From a bacterium (GTDB lineage: Bacteria; Patescibacteriota; CPR2; UBA1875; JAJYID01): a DNA stretch of 64,000 bases. A model generated the notes under the pieces. That model made no database searches, had not been told where the DNA came from, and was given only the letters and a program-made list of their open reading frames with translations. The number at the start of each line of letters is the position of its first letter. Position 1 is the stretch's first letter. Location of the stretch: positions 556,321 to 620,320 of the forward strand of contig JAJYLR010000001.1 of the NCBI GenBank assembly GCA_021787535.1, given 5' to 3'. The translations under genes and the position numbers were made by a program. Positions 60,495 to 64,000 of the stretch are shown here, one piece after another.

Positions 60495-61478
60495 CTAGAT
60501 TTGCATTTCTTTGGCTTGGTTCTCCTGATCACCAGAGCTTTCATTGTTTATAGGAGAAGGAGCAGTGTCAACTGATTGCGGTATGGATTGTGGTTCTGAA
60601 GCCACCGGAGAAGTTGCAACTACTGTATCATTTGCCGGTTCTGGCGCCTGTGGAACAGCTTGAGGTGATGATTGCAATGTATCGGCAACCGGCGGTGTTG
60701 AAGGAGTGAGATCTGAATCCTGGCCACCAACATCTCCTTGTACTCCAGGGTTAACCTCGGGAACATAAGTGGTATCTGGAACAAAAGCTGAGTTTTCAGT
60801 CGGTACAGTTTGAGGTGCATTATTTTCTTCTGTCACTGGCGGAACTTCGCTGATTTCTGTGTCATTAACCTCCGCTTCAACTTGGCTTAGATGCTCATCT
60901 TCCTTCGTCACCGGCACAGTCGCATCGGCAATGCCGCTGTCCACTGAATCATCTATAGATTGTTGCGGCGTCGGACTTACTGCGGACTGTTCATTATCCA
61001 TCAAACTCCCGGTTAAGTTTGCTTCCAGCGGACTCGTACCCCCAGCGTTTGAAATGTTACTATCCTGAGCGACAGGAGTATTATCAGTACCAGAGGACAC
61101 ATTATCAAAATCTGTTTGTGAAGGGAAATCATGATTAACCATCGGCTGTTCTTGTGACTGCATCGGCGCAATAGGCGGTTGCGGAGCCTCGGGAGCACTC
61201 ATAGGCGGCTGAGATCCGACTATATCATTCATTACAGGAGCTTGACTCTGCGCCATGACATTCGTCCCTTGGGTTTGCTGGGTAGCATCAAAATTATCTG
61301 GAACCGGTGCATTAACTTGAGAATCCGGCGCCGGCATGCCATAACTCGGCACATTGCTATAATCAGCATTTTCTGCCGCCTCTTTTTTATGTTTGGACTT
61401 AAAAAGTAAAAAGTATGCTGCAGCACCAACGCCTGCAACTACCAACAGAGCTATAATGATAATAATAAGAATACCCAT
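60495..61478 (-). CDS. Membrane-anchored low-complexity (P/Q/S/D-rich) protein
   Basis: AGGAGG RBS; N-terminal TM; long acidic, probably disordered tail. Confidence 0.8.
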   Translation of the reverse strand: MGILIIIIIALLVVAGVGAAAYFLLFKSKHKKEAAENADYSNVPSYGMPAPDSQVNAPVPDNFDATQQTQGTNVMAQSQAPVMNDIVGSQPPMSAPEAPQPPIAPMQSQEQPMVNHDFPSQTDFDNVSSGTDNTPVAQDSNISNAGGTSPLEANLTGSLMDNEQSAVSPTPQQSIDDSVDSGIADATVPVTKEDEHLSQVEAEVNDTEISEVPPVTEENNAPQTVPTENSAFVPDTTYVPEVNPGVQGDVGGQDSDLTPSTPPVADTLQSSPQAVPQAPEPANDTVVATSPVASEPQSIPQSVDTAPSPINNESSGDQENQAKEMQI

Positions 61479-61549
61479 CCTCCCTCCTTAGAGTCAAAAT
61501 TTATTTGTAAATTTATCATAACAAAAGAAAAAAATAATGCAAGGGTTAA

Positions 61550-61677
61550 TAAGATACAAGCCACAAGATGCAATAACTAAACAAATCTCAATATTCAAAA
61601 AACAAACCTGTACAAAAAATTTAGTATTTGATAATTGGGTATTGTTTGTAACTTGTTTCTTGGTCTATTGTATCTTC
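61550..61677. repeat. Long imperfect inverted repeat with heptamer periodicity
   Basis: aagatacaagccacaagatgcaa ... ttgtttcttggtctattgtatctt. Confidence 0.7.
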
Positions 61678-61679
61678 GC

Positions 61680-62579
61680 TTACATTTCTCTTAATCTTTT
61701 AATTCTCTCCTCTATCGGCGGATGAGTGTCAAAAAGTCCGCTAAACCATCCGCGGGAAGTACCCTCATGCTCTTTCAAAGGATTGGTAATATAGAGATGT
61801 GCCGTAGCTTTGTTCGCCACTTCCAAAGGTTCACGATCGGCTGAGATTTTCTCGAGTGCCCGAGCCAAACCTTCCGGATAACGAGTCAGGAGAGCGCCTG
61901 AAGAATCGGCTAAATACTCTCTGTTTCTGGAAAGTGCCAGCTGTAAAATAACAGCAAAAACAGGAGCTAGAAGCGCGAGAACGATGCCGACAACCATCAG
62001 TATCAGACCTAGCTGTCCTTCGTCTCTATCTCTATTGCCGCCAAAGAAACTGATCCGTAAAAACCAGTCAGATATGAGCGCCACAAAACCGACTAAGATA
62101 ACCACAACTGTCATGAGGCGTATGTCATAGTTGCCGATGTGCGAAAGCTCATGAGCGGTCACTCCTTCAAGCTCGACTTTTTCCAATTTTTGAATTATGC
62201 CAGTCGTATAGCATATGACTGCATGATCAGGATCACGGCCGGTAGCAAAGGCATTTGGCGCCGCATCGTCAATAACATAAATTTTCGGCATAGGAAGACC
62301 TGCCGCGATACAAAGATTCTCGACTAAATGAAAAAGTTCCTTGTTATCATCATGGGTGATTTCTCTGGCCTTTGAGATAGATAATGTGATTTTATCGCTG
62401 TACCAGTAGCTGATTAGCGCTTGGAAACAAGCAAAGATGATAGCCGCCGGAAAGATCCAGTAAATGTTTAAGGCAAGCGAGAAAACCCACCCAAGCGCCA
62501 TAATGAAAATCAAAAAACCCAGTATTAAAAATACCGTTCGCCTTTTGTTTGATGAGATTTCAGTATAAGTTGTAGCCAT
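61680..62579 (-). CDS. htpX: Zinc metalloprotease HtpX
   Basis: NAFATG, HELSH, SRNREYLAD and THPP motifs. Confidence 0.95.
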   Translation of the reverse strand: MATTYTEISSNKRRTVFLILGFLIFIMALGWVFSLALNIYWIFPAAIIFACFQALISYWYSDKITLSISKAREITHDDNKELFHLVENLCIAAGLPMPKIYVIDDAAPNAFATGRDPDHAVICYTTGIIQKLEKVELEGVTAHELSHIGNYDIRLMTVVVILVGFVALISDWFLRISFFGGNRDRDEGQLGLILMVVGIVLALLAPVFAVILQLALSRNREYLADSSGALLTRYPEGLARALEKISADREPLEVANKATAHLYITNPLKEHEGTSRGWFSGLFDTHPPIEERIKRLREM

Positions 62580-62591
62580 AGTTTAGTAAAC

Positions 62592-63662
62592 TCACAATTT
62601 CTCTAAAGAGTCATATAATTTAATCTTATATTTTCGCTCAAATGGTTTGGCTCTTGGCAGCCGGATATCTTTGCCTGTTAGTTTCTCAATTTTTACATCG
62701 GTAGGTTTATCAGCAGTAGCCCCTTTAAAATAGTATTTCAGAAAAAATTCTCGCCTTTCCTCGTCTAGCTCTTCAGGGTCGTGGGCAAACCGTGCAAAGC
62801 TGACCGCAAAATCTTCCTCTGGCCTTGTTCCTGCATATTCAGTTGGTACCTCTTTTGAGGCATGCCATCCATTTTCAATCCCGTTGGTCCAACCGCCAAT
62901 TTCTAGCCAATCTTTTACATTTTGGCCGCAACCAGGCCTGTGGGATCTTGTAAAACTTCCTACAGAATCGTGTTCAAGTAAATGCCCAAACTCATGGTAA
63001 ATATGTTTATCTGTAAATACGTCATGAGTTCCGTTTTCTGTTAAAATAATCGATTTTATACTGGATTCGGCATACCCGGCTGGGTCATCTTCTCTACCAA
63101 GAGCATCAGTGACAGTTTTGCCCGGCTTCAAAAGAATGGCTGGACAAATCAAAGCAGCTTTATCACCGAATAGTTCAAAAAGCCGTTTAACCCCCTGGCA
63201 TATTTGATCTAGTTTTCTTTTATAATACACATCTTTTTCGTTAAACGGTTTTTGAAAATTAAAAATTTCAATAGCTTTATCGTTATGTGATATTCTAATT
63301 TGTTCACATAACTTACCTTCTTTAAGCAGCTTTTGCCACTCTTCTTCTAACCACCACCGACCACTAGCTAGTGCTACTTCATTTGTCCCTTGAATATGCT
63401 CATTAAGATAGTTCTTTTGAGCTTGATTAAGCTTGCCACTTTCCACGAAGCCAATGTCCTGACCTTGAAGGGCGGGAACAGTGATTGTTTCTGCTTCTTT
63501 ATAACCAGGTTCACCTGGCTTAACCTCGGTTGAAGTAATACCAGCCGCAAATTCTTGCGGAGTTTGGTAAGAATATTCTAGATGTTCAGTTGTAGCGCTA
63601 GAATCAAAAATGCCTTTTTGAAGCTCCTGTACATTATCAGGCGGGAAAGCACCTTCCTTCAT
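62592..63662 (-). CDS. Putative zincin-like metallopeptidase
   Basis: HEFGH followed by TEYA...EEDFA. Confidence 0.65.
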   Translation of the reverse strand: MKEGAFPPDNVQELQKGIFDSSATTEHLEYSYQTPQEFAAGITSTEVKPGEPGYKEAETITVPALQGQDIGFVESGKLNQAQKNYLNEHIQGTNEVALASGRWWLEEEWQKLLKEGKLCEQIRISHNDKAIEIFNFQKPFNEKDVYYKRKLDQICQGVKRLFELFGDKAALICPAILLKPGKTVTDALGREDDPAGYAESSIKSIILTENGTHDVFTDKHIYHEFGHLLEHDSVGSFTRSHRPGCGQNVKDWLEIGGWTNGIENGWHASKEVPTEYAGTRPEEDFAVSFARFAHDPEELDEERREFFLKYYFKGATADKPTDVKIEKLTGKDIRLPRAKPFERKYKIKLYDSLEKL

Positions 63663-63683
63663 CTATAAGTCCTTCTAACTATT

Positions 63684-64000
63684 TTATTTTTCCTCAAAGT
63701 CCACTTTGACCGGTTCCTTTTCGCTCTCTTCAGTCTGGAAGAAATCCCGCGCTTTATAGCCCAAAATACCGGCTAACAAACTATTTGGGAATACCTGGAT
63801 TTTGGTATTGAAGTCTCTGACATTACTGTTATAAAATCTGCGAGCCGCTTGGATTTTGTCTTCTGTATCGGTCAGCTCGTCTTGAAGTTTCATAAAGTTT
63901 TCATTCGCCTTTAGCTGAGGGTAGTTCTCAGCTACGGCAAACAAGCTTTTTAAAGTATCGGAAAGCATATTTTCAGCTTTTCCCTTTGCCTCTAAGCCAT
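63684..64000 (-). CDS. lemA: LemA family protein (5' end outside window)
   Basis: AVAENYPQLKA, ARRFYN and FP motifs. Confidence 0.95.
   Translation of the reverse strand, partial: GLEAKGKAENMLSDTLKSLFAVAENYPQLKANENFMKLQDELTDTEDKIQAARRFYNSNVRDFNTKIQVFPNSLLAGILGYKARDFFQTEESEKEPVKVDFEEK

Overview
This is a gene-dense bacterial chromosome segment with most genes on the minus strand. Gene content and order are consistent with a Patescibacteria/CPR genome (inference, not tested). Core genes include fusA (partial), rpsG, rpsL, rpoC, rpoB, clpP, tig, tRNA-Leu(UAG), recG, tyrS, a class A PBP, murB, radA, clpC, nusA, rnhB, rplS, dnaE, gatB/gatA/gatC, ligA, htpX and lemA (partial). Single accessory genes are interspersed among them. 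I found no CRISPR array, transposase, integrase or rRNA. The main unexplained signals are non-coding. (1) A dispersed GTCATTC...GAATC palindromic repeat family occurs mostly as inverted pairs between genes. It also occurs as four in-frame single copies inside comEA, mpg and gatA (twice), two of which encode the identical peptide DSGQARMT. (2) Three stand-alone, highly structured regions have their own promoter-like and terminator-like signals: about 17.42-17.89 kb next to the tRNA, about 29.67-29.97 kb, and about 59.86-60.15 kb. The last is bracketed by a duplicated ligA 5' end. (3) There is a 202-bp MITE-like element and further heptamer and nonamer repeat families. Protein calls come from motif recognition by eye and helices were paired by hand; no searches or folding programs were run.
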